A stretch of DNA of 64,000 nt from assembly GCA_031409275.1 (NCBI GenBank), contig JANNXA010000022.1:1-64000 (forward strand), given 5' to 3'. The notes under the pieces are model-generated. The model saw only the letters and a program-made list of their open reading frames with translations. It did not search any database and was not told the origin of the DNA. Within the stretch, counting starts at the first letter, position 1. Each line of letters opens with the position of its first letter. Below, piece after piece: positions 38,660-49,100 of this stretch. Source of the stretch: Planctomycetota bacterium (GTDB taxonomy: Bacteria > Planctomycetota > B15-G4 > SIAN01). The translations under genes were made by a program, and so were the position numbers.

Positions 38660-39766
38660 TCAGCGCGGCTCGAGCCAGTTCCAGTCGTGCGGCCGCCCGC
38701 TCTCGATCTCGTCGCGCAGGTCGGCGAGCAGGCGCGCGAAGAAGAAGAGGTTGTGCTCGGTGGCGAGGATCGGGCCGAGCATCTCGTCGGCCTGGAAGAG
38801 GTGGCGCAGGTAGGCGCGGCTGTGGCGGCTGCAGGCGGTGCAGTCGCAGCCCGCCTCGATCGGTTCGGCGCTGCGCGCATGTTCCGCGTTGCGGATCTTG
38901 ACGACGCCGTTGCGGGCGAAGAGGAAGCCGTTGCGGGCGTTGCGGGTGGGCAGCACGCAGTCGAACAGGTCGATGCCGGCGTGCACGGCGGCGACGAGCT
39001 CGCGCGGGCTGCCGACGCCCATCAAGTAGCGCGGCTTGGCGTCCGGGAGCAGCGGCGCGAACTCCTGCGCCTCTTCGCGAATGGTGTCGGCATCCTCGCC
39101 GACCGCGATGCCGCCGAGCGCGTAGCCGTCGAACGGTTCGGCGGCGAGCGCATCGGCCATCGAGCGTCGCAGCGCCGCATCGCGGCCACCCTGGACGATC
39201 GCGAAGCAGGCGCGTTCCTCGCCGAGTTGTCGGTGCGCGCGCAGCGAGCGGCGCGCCCAGAGCAGGCTTCGCGCGACGGCGCGTTCGAGCTCGGCGCGCG
39301 GCGCTGCGGCGGGCGGACATTCGTCGAGCACCATGGCGATGTCCGAGTCGAGCGCGTGCTGGATCGCCATCGCGCGCTCCGGCGTGAGGCGAACTTCGCT
39401 GCCGTCGAGGTGGGAACGGAAGGTCACGCCGGCGTCATCGACTTCCCGTCGTTGCGCGAGGCTGAAGACCTGGAAGCCACCGCTGTCGGTCAGCACGATC
39501 CCGGGATAGTCCATGAAGCGATGCAGGCCGCCGAGCGCGCGCACCGTCTCCTCGCCGGGGCGCAGCGCGAGGTGGTAGGTGTTGGCCAGCAGCGCGTGGA
39601 AACCGAAGCCTGCGAGCCGGCCGCCGGCGATGCCCTTCAGAGTCCCTTGCGTCGCGACCGGCATGAACGCCGGCGTCGGCGTCGAGCGGCCGCGCACGGT
39701 CAGCGTGCCGCGCCGCGCCGCGCCGACGCGCGCGTGGATCTCGAAGTGGAGCCGTGCGGCGCTCAC
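38660..39766 (-). CDS. tgt: tRNA-guanine transglycosylase
   Basis: TPAFMPVATQG, NTYHL, TDSGGFQVFS, YLMGVG, DCVLPTR, CDCTAC and HN zinc site. Confidence 0.95.
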   Translation of the reverse strand: MSAARLHFEIHARVGAARRGTLTVRGRSTPTPAFMPVATQGTLKGIAGGRLAGFGFHALLANTYHLALRPGEETVRALGGLHRFMDYPGIVLTDSGGFQVFSLAQRREVDDAGVTFRSHLDGSEVRLTPERAMAIQHALDSDIAMVLDECPPAAAPRAELERAVARSLLWARRSLRAHRQLGEERACFAIVQGGRDAALRRSMADALAAEPFDGYALGGIAVGEDADTIREEAQEFAPLLPDAKPRYLMGVGSPRELVAAVHAGIDLFDCVLPTRNARNGFLFARNGVVKIRNAEHARSAEPIEAGCDCTACSRHSRAYLRHLFQADEMLGPILATEHNLFFFARLLADLRDEIESGRPHDWNWLEPR

Positions 39767-40965
39767 CAGCGCTTCACCAGCTGCGCGCCGCGGTAGTAGT
39801 AGCTGACGATCTCGCGCCACTTCTTGCCGGCGGCGCCGAGGCCGGCCGCGCCGTACTGGCAGAGGCCGACGCCGTGACCGAAGCCGGCGCCTTCGAACGT
39901 CACGCCACCGCGCGCCACGTCGAGTCGGCGCGCCCAGGCGCTCGGCAGCTTCTCGCCGTCAGTCCTGGCGCCCGCGTTCCAGAGGCGCCGGAACTCCTGG
40001 CTCTCGAACTTCTTGTTGCCGCCGCTCGAGCGGACGGTGAAGCGCAACGCATGGGCGAAGCGGTCGCGCTCGACGTCGATGGCGGAGAGGCCGCTGACCT
40101 TCAAGCGACGCTCGAGTTCCGCGAGCGTGAGGGTGCGCGTCCAGCGGTATTTGGGCGAGGCGGAGCACCACTCGCACTCGACGCCCACGAGTCCGGCGCG
40201 GCCGGCGTCACGGAAGACCTCGGGTCCGTCGACGGTGGCGCCGCCACACGTGCTCATGAAGAAGGAGCAGAGCGGCTTGCCGTCGGCTTCGAGCACATGG
40301 CCACGGGTCGCGGCGACGAGAGCGCGCGCGCGATCATGCTTGGGGCCGGCACCGCCATAGACCTGGTCGGCATCGGTCGCTCGCAGCAACGTCTCGCCGT
40401 GGTCGAGTCGCCAACGAGCGTAGGTGCGCGCCGCCACGGTCTGCGCCTTCAAGGCTTCATCCGGGAAGCTCGACGGCATCTCGGAGAAGAGGACGCCCGC
40501 GACGTACTCCTCGATGTCGAGGACGTTGCTCACCTCGATGCGCCCACGGGCGTCGCGGCGAATGCGCAGGTCGCCGGCGAAGCTCTTCCCCTGGTAGCGG
40601 AAGAAGTCGTCGGAACGAGGTTCGAGGCGCAGCTCACTGGTTGCGAAGGCGACGCCATTCAAGTCGAGGCCGTTGCCGCTGGCGCGCAGCCGGCCGGAGG
40701 TGAGGCGGCGGCCTTCCGCGAGCGAGTTGCCGCCGGCGTCCGCGACGCGATACGCGCCATCGCAGGCGACATCGACGCTGGCGAGGTCGCGTTCGAGCAG
40801 CACCTGCACTTCAGGAATGCGGGCGATGGCGCGCGGGCTCGTGCAGCGCACGAAGATCAGCGCGCACGCTGCGACGAGCGTCGCCAAGGTCGCGGCACGG
40901 CGTGGCATCGCAAGCCACTTGGTGCCTCGCTGGAGCGATCGGGGCAGGCGCAACCTACGCTTCAT
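39763..40965 (-). CDS. SpoIID/LytB domain protein
   Basis: EEYVAGVLFSEMP, EALKAQTVAARTY, DQVYGG, GFGHGVGLCQYGA. Confidence 0.92.
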   Translation of the reverse strand: MKRRLRLPRSLQRGTKWLAMPRRAATLATLVAACALIFVRCTSPRAIARIPEVQVLLERDLASVDVACDGAYRVADAGGNSLAEGRRLTSGRLRASGNGLDLNGVAFATSELRLEPRSDDFFRYQGKSFAGDLRIRRDARGRIEVSNVLDIEEYVAGVLFSEMPSSFPDEALKAQTVAARTYARWRLDHGETLLRATDADQVYGGAGPKHDRARALVAATRGHVLEADGKPLCSFFMSTCGGATVDGPEVFRDAGRAGLVGVECEWCSASPKYRWTRTLTLAELERRLKVSGLSAIDVERDRFAHALRFTVRSSGGNKKFESQEFRRLWNAGARTDGEKLPSAWARRLDVARGGVTFEGAGFGHGVGLCQYGAAGLGAAGKKWREIVSYYYRGAQLVKRW

Positions 40966-41971
40966 GAGCGGGCGCCCCTGCGGAGGGATGGGTCAGGCAC
41001 CAATCGCGACCGCGCGGCGTGAGCTCGCGGCCACGCGGCGTCTTGCGGATCAGCTCGAGGCGCAGCAGATGCGGCTCGTAGACCTCTTCGATCGTCTCGT
41101 CCGCCTCGCCGACGCCGGCGCCGATCGTCTTCAAGCCAAGCGAGCCGTGATCGGCGCGGTGCAGCAGGCCGAGGATGCGCCGGTCCGTCTCTTCGAGGCC
41201 GAGGTCGTCGATCCCCAATCGCGCGAGCCCTTCGACGGCGAGCGGCAGGTCGACGAGCGGGACGCCACGAACCTGCGCGAGATCGCGCAAGCGGCGCAGC
41301 AGTCGATTGGCGATCCGCGGCGTTCCGCGCGCGCGCTCGGCGATGCACGTCGCGGCGGCCGCGTGGAGCGGCAGCTGCAGGATCCGCGACGTACGCTGGA
41401 GGATCTGGATCAGGTGTTCGACCGGATAGGCCTCGAGCTTCTCGTGGATGCCGAAGCGCCCGCGGAACGCAGCCGTCAAGCGTCCTTCGCGAGTCGTCGC
41501 GCCGACCAACGTGAAGGGTTGAATCGGCAGTCGCACCGTGCGCGCGCCAAGTCCCTGATCGATCGGGACATCGACGACGAAGTCCTCCATCGCGCTGTAG
41601 AGGTACTCCTCGACGGCGATCGGCAGTCGATGCACTTCGTCGATGAAGAGCAGATCGCCGCGTTCGAGTCCCGTGAGCAGACCGGCGAGGTCGGCGGGGC
41701 GTGCGAGCGCTGGACCGGAGGTGTTGTGCAGGCGGCTGCCGCATTCGCGCGCGAGCAGGGTGCAGAGCGTCGTCTTGCCGAGGCCCGGCAAGCCCGACAG
41801 CAGCACGTGGTCGAGTGGTTCGCCGCGCATGCGAGTGGCCTGAACCGCGATGCGCAGGTTTTCGACCGTGCGTTCCTGCCCGACGAACTCGTCGAGCGTT
41901 CGGGGGCGCAACGCCCCCTCGTCGGGCGCGTCCTCAGCCCGGTTCAATTGCGCGAACGTGCTGGCGATCAT
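40955..41971 (-). CDS. ruvB: Holliday junction branch migration helicase RuvB
   Basis: LRPRTLDEFVGQ, GLPGLGKTT, FIDEVHR, AMEDF, RGTPRIANRLL, TPRGR. Confidence 0.96.
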   Translation of the reverse strand: MIASTFAQLNRAEDAPDEGALRPRTLDEFVGQERTVENLRIAVQATRMRGEPLDHVLLSGLPGLGKTTLCTLLARECGSRLHNTSGPALARPADLAGLLTGLERGDLLFIDEVHRLPIAVEEYLYSAMEDFVVDVPIDQGLGARTVRLPIQPFTLVGATTREGRLTAAFRGRFGIHEKLEAYPVEHLIQILQRTSRILQLPLHAAAATCIAERARGTPRIANRLLRRLRDLAQVRGVPLVDLPLAVEGLARLGIDDLGLEETDRRILGLLHRADHGSLGLKTIGAGVGEADETIEEVYEPHLLRLELIRKTPRGRELTPRGRDWCLTHPSAGAPAHEA

Positions 41972-42245
41972 GCGACCCCCGCCTGACGAAGCCGATCCCT
42001 CCCCAGGGACGGTGCCGCATCGATCGCTGAAGCGCCGGCGGCACGAGGGCGGAAGCTATCGGTGGCGTTCCGCAGCAGCAAGGAAGCACGCCGGGCGCCT
42101 CACGCGCCGGATCGGCTTCCCCGAGCGGATCCGCTCTCGCCGCCGGGAGATTCCTTGAGTCACGCCACCTCAGGGTCGCGGCTACAACTCGGCACGCTAG
42201 GTGATGAGGAAGTCACTCCCGGAGGGGTGCTCGACGAGCTTGGCT

Positions 42246-42274
42246 TTGACCCGCCCCGGGGAAGCGCGTACAAG
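42246..42274 (+). promoter_or_regulatory. Sigma70-type promoter candidate for lipoprotein paralog 1
   Basis: TTGACC-N17-TACAAG, about 110 nt before the ATG. Confidence 0.5.
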
Positions 42275-42384
42275 GTCGCGTTCTTGTCCAAGGCGGCGCC
42301 GTGCGATGGAGCGCGCAGTGACGGACTGCGTGGCTCGCTTGGCGCCCCCCGCGGATGGACCGACGACCCAGGAGAGCTGGAACG

Positions 42385-45300
42385 ATGCGTCGAAACGCTT
42401 GGCGAGCTGAAGCGGCCGCCCTCGCCGCGGCGGCAATGGCGGTGGCGGCGTTCACCAGCTGCGGTGGTGGCGGTGGGGGTGGTGCGTCGCGTCCGAGCGG
42501 CGTCGACGATCCCGTCATCGTGCTGAGCGGACCGCCGGGCCGGCTGTCGCAATCGATCGACGAGGCGAACGTGGGGAACGGCGCCACTCCGCCGCCCGCG
42601 CTGACGCCGAGCGTGACGACCAGCAATCACTGGTTCCGTCTCGAGTTCCCGTTCCCGATCCAGCGCGCCGACCTGCTCGAGAACAGCGTCTTCACTGCGC
42701 CCTTCTCGTACCTGAACGGCGCGATCACCGTGAACGACCTCGTCGGCGATCACCTGCCCGGCCTCGCGATGGTGAACGGCATCGATGCGCTCGGCGTGAA
42801 CCACGCCAACGACCCCGGGTTCCCGCACGACGTGCAGGGCTCGGTGGACAAGAACCTCGGCAACAACGTCTTCCTCTACGTCGCCGACTCCGATCGCAAT
42901 CTGTCGACCTTCGCGACGTTCGGATTCGAGCTGAACGGTGTCACCAACGCCAAGGACGAGATCGCGTCGGTGACCGATCACGAGAACGGGACGCTCGACA
43001 CGGTCCGCATCACCGTCGCGAAGATCGACGGCTTCGAGTGGAACGCGGTCTGGACCTTCTCGATCGGCAACACCAATGATTCGCGGGTCCCGGACGTCGT
43101 GCGAATCGCCTCGGAGACGCGCAGTCCGCTCGATCCGCTGAATCCGGGGTCGATCGATGTTTCCGGATCGTTCATCGTCGAGTTCTCGGAGCCGGTGGTG
43201 CCGCGCAGCGTCGGCGACTCGCCGATCTTCGGCGTCGACAGTTTCTTCGGCAACACGCCGCGGACGCCGCGCTTCATCGTCGGCACCACGTTGCCGAACC
43301 TCCCGTATCCCAACACGTTCGTGACGGCGACGGTCAACACGTCGATCGGGGCGCTCTTCGTCCCCTTCGACTGCCGGCCGCTCAACTCGAACAACCTCGC
43401 CACCTACCGCCTGCGTCCGCTGATCGATCTGCCGCCCAACAGCAGCATCGACGTCGGCGTGCGCGCGCTCGTGCTGAACACGAATTCCGTCACTGGTGCC
43501 GCGGATGCGGTTCGGGATCTCAGTGGCAACTCCTATCCCGGCGAGCTCGCGGACATCGACGGTGACGGGATCCTCGACCCGATCAACTTCACCAGCACCT
43601 TCGTGAGTGGACCAGGTGCCGGTCTCGTGAACATCCCGGTCTCGCCAGAAGTCGTCTACTGGTTGCCGACGACGGGCGACGGCATCGGCGCCATCGACCT
43701 GAACGGCCGCGGTGTCACCACGAACACACCTGGCGCGAACATCAACGATCCCGAGAAGGCGTTCATCATCACGCAGCTCTGGTTGAACGCTGCCGGATGC
43801 GAGGTGCACCCGGGCGGGCTGAATCTCGCCAACGGGATCGCGCTCGAGGGCTATCCAGGCAGCGATGCGACGCCGCTCGATCCGTGCACTGGTCTGGCGA
43901 TGGTCGAGTTCGGCCACAACCGATACCTCTACCCCGTCGGCACCGGCGCCTACGCCTACGGCCCCGGCCCGAACGCGCTCCGTGGTCAGCCTTGGTTCGC
44001 CCCCAACGACCCGGGCAACCCAGGCACGCCGTTTCCTGGTGTGAACGAGGGTTCGAGCGGCTTCGAAACGCTTTGCCGCGACAGCACCGGCGACGTCATC
44101 CTGACCGGGCGGCAGTTCGGCCGCGTCGGAACCGTGAATGACCTGATCGTCGGTGAGTTCCTCGACCTCGTCTACTTCGACCAGGCGAGCACCAGGACCA
44201 ATCCGCTCCTCCATGTGACGATCTGGAACTCGGGGCGTCCCCACACGCTGACCGGTCGCGGGAACACGATCGCCGACCCGCCGACGCCCAACCCGCCGCC
44301 TCTGCGCTACTGGTTCGGGTTGCCGGAGATCGGGACGGTTCCCGACCGCGTGAACCCCGAGAACCCGCCGCTCCTGATCGAGGGCGAAGAGGTGTTCCTC
44401 GGGCCGCGCGGCGGCAGTGGTTACGTGCAACTCCAGCCCAACGAGATCCGGCCTGACGCGCCCGATCAGACCGTGTTCCCGCACATCGGGCACGGTCCGG
44501 GCCTGCAGTCGTCGAGCGCCGCCTTCACCTACTCGTCGCGCCAGCAGATCGGCAACTTCCTCTACGCGACGGACAGCACGAATGGTGTCGTGCAGGTCAT
44601 CAACAGCAACACGATGCGCGTCATCTCGAGCATCTCGACGCCGAATCCGACCGGGCTTGCGATCGCGCCCGACATGTCCAAGCTCTACGTGTCGAACTTC
44701 GGTTCGAACAACGTTTCGATCATCGGAACGAATCCGCTCGGCAACGACTTCCATCGCGAGATCGCGCGCATCGCGGTCGGCGAAGGCCCGCGAGCGATCT
44801 GCGTGCAGCCTGAGCACGAAGAGATCCTCGTCTGCAACTACACCGGGAACACGGTCTCGCTGATCTCGAGCGTGGACTTGAGCGTCCGCAAGACGCTCGA
44901 CGCGCTGATCAGCGGCCCCTACGACATCGAGGCGTCGCCGCGCCAGATCACTCCCTTCTCTCCGAGCCCCAACAACCCGACGCAGATCGGCTGGGCGTGT
45001 GGCCTCTACTTCGCCTACGTCTCGAACTTCAACGGCAACACGGTCGTCGTCTACGAGTCGGGGCCGGATGGATCGCAGGGCATCGGCATCGACAACGTCC
45101 GCGGTTCGCTTCCGAGCGATGACGCGGCCGGCGAGCTGCTGGCGCCCCGTGGCCTCTGCTACGACCCGTTCCCGAATCCTTCGGGGCTTTCCGCCGGCGG
45201 TTGCTTCGTGGCTCACCGTGACGCCGAAGGACGCGGTCGGGTGAGCGAGATTCAGTTCACCGTCCAGGCGCAGCTCGGGCCGTTGCCGATTCAGGCGCCG

Positions 45301-45708
45301 CCGGGGCTCACGACTCCGCCGGGATTCCTCGATCGAGTCTTCCAGATCGTGAAGACGTGGGGGAACCTCGACACCGCCCGCTTCATCGGGATCTCACCGA
45401 CCGACGTGACGTTGTCGGACCTGTCGACGGCGGCGTGGCAGGCGCGACCGTCGGGGGCGCCCAACCTCGGTTGCGTTTCGATCCCGCCGACGGTGGCCCT
45501 GACCGGCGCGATCAACTCGAAGAACCCGATGCGGCTCAACACTCCGTTCTGCTTCCCGGCGGTCACGCCCGATCGCCTCTACGTCTCGTTCGAGGACGTG
45601 GGCGCGGTGCAGGTGCTGAGCCCCGCTGTCCCCGGAACGATCCTGCGGACCATCACTGATCCTGGCGTCGGTGGCGTTCGAAAGGTCGTTTCGTACTGGC
45701 GGCAGTAG
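42385..45708 (+). CDS. Large surface lipoprotein, paralog 1 (Ig-like domain and YVTN-type beta-propeller)
   Basis: Lipobox FTSC then GGGGGGG; VEFSEPV...DLSGN; repeats such as LYVSNFGSNNVSIIG and IAVGEGPRAI. Confidence 0.85.
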   Translation: MRRNAWRAEAAALAAAAMAVAAFTSCGGGGGGGASRPSGVDDPVIVLSGPPGRLSQSIDEANVGNGATPPPALTPSVTTSNHWFRLEFPFPIQRADLLENSVFTAPFSYLNGAITVNDLVGDHLPGLAMVNGIDALGVNHANDPGFPHDVQGSVDKNLGNNVFLYVADSDRNLSTFATFGFELNGVTNAKDEIASVTDHENGTLDTVRITVAKIDGFEWNAVWTFSIGNTNDSRVPDVVRIASETRSPLDPLNPGSIDVSGSFIVEFSEPVVPRSVGDSPIFGVDSFFGNTPRTPRFIVGTTLPNLPYPNTFVTATVNTSIGALFVPFDCRPLNSNNLATYRLRPLIDLPPNSSIDVGVRALVLNTNSVTGAADAVRDLSGNSYPGELADIDGDGILDPINFTSTFVSGPGAGLVNIPVSPEVVYWLPTTGDGIGAIDLNGRGVTTNTPGANINDPEKAFIITQLWLNAAGCEVHPGGLNLANGIALEGYPGSDATPLDPCTGLAMVEFGHNRYLYPVGTGAYAYGPGPNALRGQPWFAPNDPGNPGTPFPGVNEGSSGFETLCRDSTGDVILTGRQFGRVGTVNDLIVGEFLDLVYFDQASTRTNPLLHVTIWNSGRPHTLTGRGNTIADPPTPNPPPLRYWFGLPEIGTVPDRVNPENPPLLIEGEEVFLGPRGGSGYVQLQPNEIRPDAPDQTVFPHIGHGPGLQSSSAAFTYSSRQQIGNFLYATDSTNGVVQVINSNTMRVISSISTPNPTGLAIAPDMSKLYVSNFGSNNVSIIGTNPLGNDFHREIARIAVGEGPRAICVQPEHEEILVCNYTGNTVSLISSVDLSVRKTLDALISGPYDIEASPRQITPFSPSPNNPTQIGWACGLYFAYVSNFNGNTVVVYESGPDGSQGIGIDNVRGSLPSDDAAGELLAPRGLCYDPFPNPSGLSAGGCFVAHRDAEGRGRVSEIQFTVQAQLGPLPIQAPPGLTTPPGFLDRVFQIVKTWGNLDTARFIGISPTDVTLSDLSTAAWQARPSGAPNLGCVSIPPTVALTGAINSKNPMRLNTPFCFPAVTPDRLYVSFEDVGAVQVLSPAVPGTILRTITDPGVGGVRKVVSYWRQ

Positions 45709-45745
45709 GCGATCGACTCGTCGATCGATTCCGGCGCACGATCGG

Positions 45746-45788
45746 CTCGGCTCGCGGCGACCCAACGTCGTCGCGAGCCGAGTTCATT
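45746..45788 (+). terminator. 16-bp stem-loop after paralog 1
   Basis: CTCGGCTCGCGGCGAC-CCAAC-GTCGTCGCGAGCCGAG (one G-U pair) followed by TTCATT. Confidence 0.7.
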
Positions 45789-46155
45789 CCGGCGACTGCT
45801 TGACGCGTCCGGTGCTGGGGGCCGCGGCACGGCGGCGACGGAGCGGAGTGACCCCGGTCGGTCGGGTGGACTAGAAGCCAACTCGACTCCTTCCAGGGGG
45901 GCGTCGGCTTCGAGCGAGCGGATTCGCGCGAGTCGCCGCTCGTTGCCGTTCCTCGGGGAAGTTTCGGGGCGCCAGCGCATCCGGCACGGGGGATGCTGAA
46001 CTAGAAGGTGCGAGTGGGCGAGGAGCCGGGGGGCCCCGGGGAGTTTTTTGACCCTTCTCTGGGGCTCCCCGATAAAACCTCTCCCTTTCGCGGCTACCGC
46101 CAACAAGCCTGCGGTGACCATCCGTTCGACCGAGCGATGTAGGAGAACGAGCGCA

Positions 46156-49100
46156 ATGCGAGCGATGCCGATCCGTCTCTCGACGAGAGTGCTCGGGGTG
46201 TCCAGCGGGGCGCTGTTGCTGACCAGCTTGCTGCAGGGGTGCGGCGGCGGCGGCGGCGGCGGCACCTCCAACGCAGGCGGCAACGTGAATGACGTCCCGT
46301 TCCTGCTGGTGGGTACGCCCGGAAAACTGTCGCAGACACCCACCGAGGCGAACGCGGGCGCCGGTCTCGCGCCGCCCCCGACGTTTGCCACGACGGTGAC
46401 CACGGACAACCACTGGTTTCGAATCGAGTTCCCGTTCGACATCGAGGCGAACACGATCCTCGACTCGACCGCGAACCTGGCGCCGTTCTCCTACTTGAAC
46501 GGCAACATCACGATCGTCGACGTGAATGGCGCGCATGTTCCTGGGCTCGCGTTGGTGAACGGTCGCGACGCATTCGGCGTCGATCGCAGCTCCAACCCAG
46601 GATTCCCGCATGACCTGACGACGAGCGGGCGCGACTTGAACCTCGGCAAGCGCGTCTTCCTCTTCGTCGCCGACGTCGATGGCAACCTCGCGACTCCTGC
46701 GGCGTTCGGCGGATATCTGCCGGATCCGAACAACGCGAACGGAATCATCGAATCGACCACCTCGATCCTCGATTCGGTGCGCATCAACGTCTTCTCGATC
46801 AACGGGATCACCACGGAAGCGGCGTGGACCTTCTCGATCGGCAACACCGACACGCGGCAGCCGTTCGTGATCTCGATCGGGTCGGAGGAGCGCAGTCCTC
46901 TTGATCTGCTGAACCCGAATTCGACCTCGTCCTCCGGCGCGCTGATCGTCCAGTTCTCCGAGGCGATGGTCCCGCGGACGGTCGGGCGTTCGGCGGTCCT
47001 CGACGGCGCTCCGTTCGACGGGAACATGCCCAATCCGATCCTCTCGGCGAACCTGCCGCCGACGGCGATCATCGCGACGGTCAACCTGAACGTCGGCACC
47101 TTGTTCGTGCCGTTCGATTGTGCGCCGCTCAACATCAACAACCTCACGACCTACCGCCTTACTCCGCTGATCCCGTTGCCGTCGAACTCGTCGATCGACG
47201 TGTTGATTCGAAGCTTCACGACGAACAACGTCTCCGCGACCGACCTGTCGGGCAACAGCTACGACGGCCAGGACACGACCGGGGACGGCGTCGGCGATTC
47301 GGTCGACCATTCGGTGACCTTCGCAGTGGGGCCGGGGCCGGCGGTTGCGAACGTTCCGGTCTCGCCGGAGGTCATCTACTTCGCGCCTTCTTCCGGTGAC
47401 GGAATCGGCGCCATCGACCTGAACGGCAACGGCTTCACGACGAACACTCCTGGCGCGAATGCCGGCGATTTCTCGGTCGCTCCGATCGTGACGCTGCAGT
47501 GGCTCGATACGCAGGGCTGCGAGACGCAGCCCGGCGGCCTCAACCTCGCGAACGGGATCGGGCTGATCGGCTATCCCGGCAACTCTCCGACGCCGACCGA
47601 TCCCTGCACGCTCGTTCCGATGGTCGAGTTCGCCCACAACCGCTACTACTACCCCGTCGGCCTCGGCAGCTTCCCGTTCGGGCCGGTCGCCAATGCGGCG
47701 CGCGCCAACTCGGGCGGCGCCTTCCCCGACGAGTGGTTCGCCCCCAACGATGCCGGCAATGCCGGAACTCCGGTTCCTGGCGTGAACGAGGGATCGAGCG
47801 GCTTCGAGACGATCTGCCGTGACAGCAACGGCGAAGCGATCCTCACCGGGCGCGAGTTCGGCGTCGTCGGCAACGTGCAGGACATGATCGTCGGCGACTT
47901 CCTCGACCGCGTCTACTTCGACCGCTTCAACCTGCGCGCGCAGACGGGGCTGCACATCAGCTTCTTCGGCGGCGGCGCGAGCACGCTCGGCCGCAACCTG
48001 ATCTCCGATCCGCCGATCCCCAACCCGCCGCCGACCCGTTACTGGGTCGGGCTGCCGCAGGTCGACGTCAATTTCGACGCGAACTCTCCGGGCACTCCCG
48101 GCGTGTTGATCGAGGGCGACGAAGTCTGGACCGGGCCGCGTCCGAATGGCCCGGCCGCCGTCTCAGGCGTCCTCGGCGCCGGCGACACTGCGCGGGCCTT
48201 CAACGGCTATCTGCACCTCCGCAGCAATCCGATCTCGGCAAACTCGCACGACATCCAGCTTCTCCCCTTCGCCGTTGGCCCTGCGAAGGGGTGCCTTGGC
48301 AACGGCCCCGGCCACCAGTCCGCCACGTCGGCGTTCTCCTTCGCGTCGCGCCAGCAGATCGGCAACTTCCTCTATGTGACGGACGCCTCCTCCCGCGAGG
48401 TTCAGGCGGTCAACTCGAACACGATGCGCGTGATCTCGAGCATCTCGTTGCCCGACCCGACCGGACTCGCGATGTCGTCGGACATGGAGTTCCTCTACGT
48501 CACGAACTTCTCCAACGACAGCCTCTCGGTGGTGTCGTGCGACCCGACGTCGCCGCAGTTCCACCGCGAGATCGCGCGAGTTCCGTGCGGCATCGGTCCG
48601 CGCGCCATCGCCGTTCAGTCGGAGAACGAAGACATCTTCGTTTGCAACTACCTCGGCAACACGGTGTCGATCATCAACCCGGCGTCGCTCACCGTGCGCA
48701 AGACGCTCGACGCGCTGATCAGCGGTCCATGGGATGTCGAGGTGGCGCCGCGCCAGGAGCAGCCGAGTGCCCCGCACCCGTCGGGTTGGGCTTGCGGCCT
48801 CTACTTCGCGTACGTGTCGAACCTGATCGGCAATACGGTCGTCGTCTACGAATCAGGGCCGGACGGGCCGCGCGGTATCGGCATCGACAACATTCGCGGC
48901 TCGCTCCCGAATGACGACAACAGCGAGGAGCTCGTCGCGCCGCGCGGACTCTGCTTCTCGCCGTTCGCCAACCCGCTCGGGCTCTTCGCCGGTGGCGTCT
49001 TCGTCGCCCACCGTGACGCCGACGGCAACGGCCGCGTCTCGCACATCCAGTTCACCCAACAGGCGCTGTTCGGCCCGCTTCCGATCCAGGTGCCTCCCGG

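Noticed and set aside
41972..42384. Riboswitch or ncRNA in the long intergenic regions (also 45709-46155, and TPP near thiE/thiL)
   Set aside because: No recognisable c-di-GMP, TPP, cobalamin or SAM core motifs by eye; an Infernal/Rfam scan is needed to exclude them.
46243..46263. (GGC)7 tract as a phase-variation switch
   Set aside because: Trinucleotide slippage keeps the frame, and the paralogs encode poly-Gly with mixed codons.
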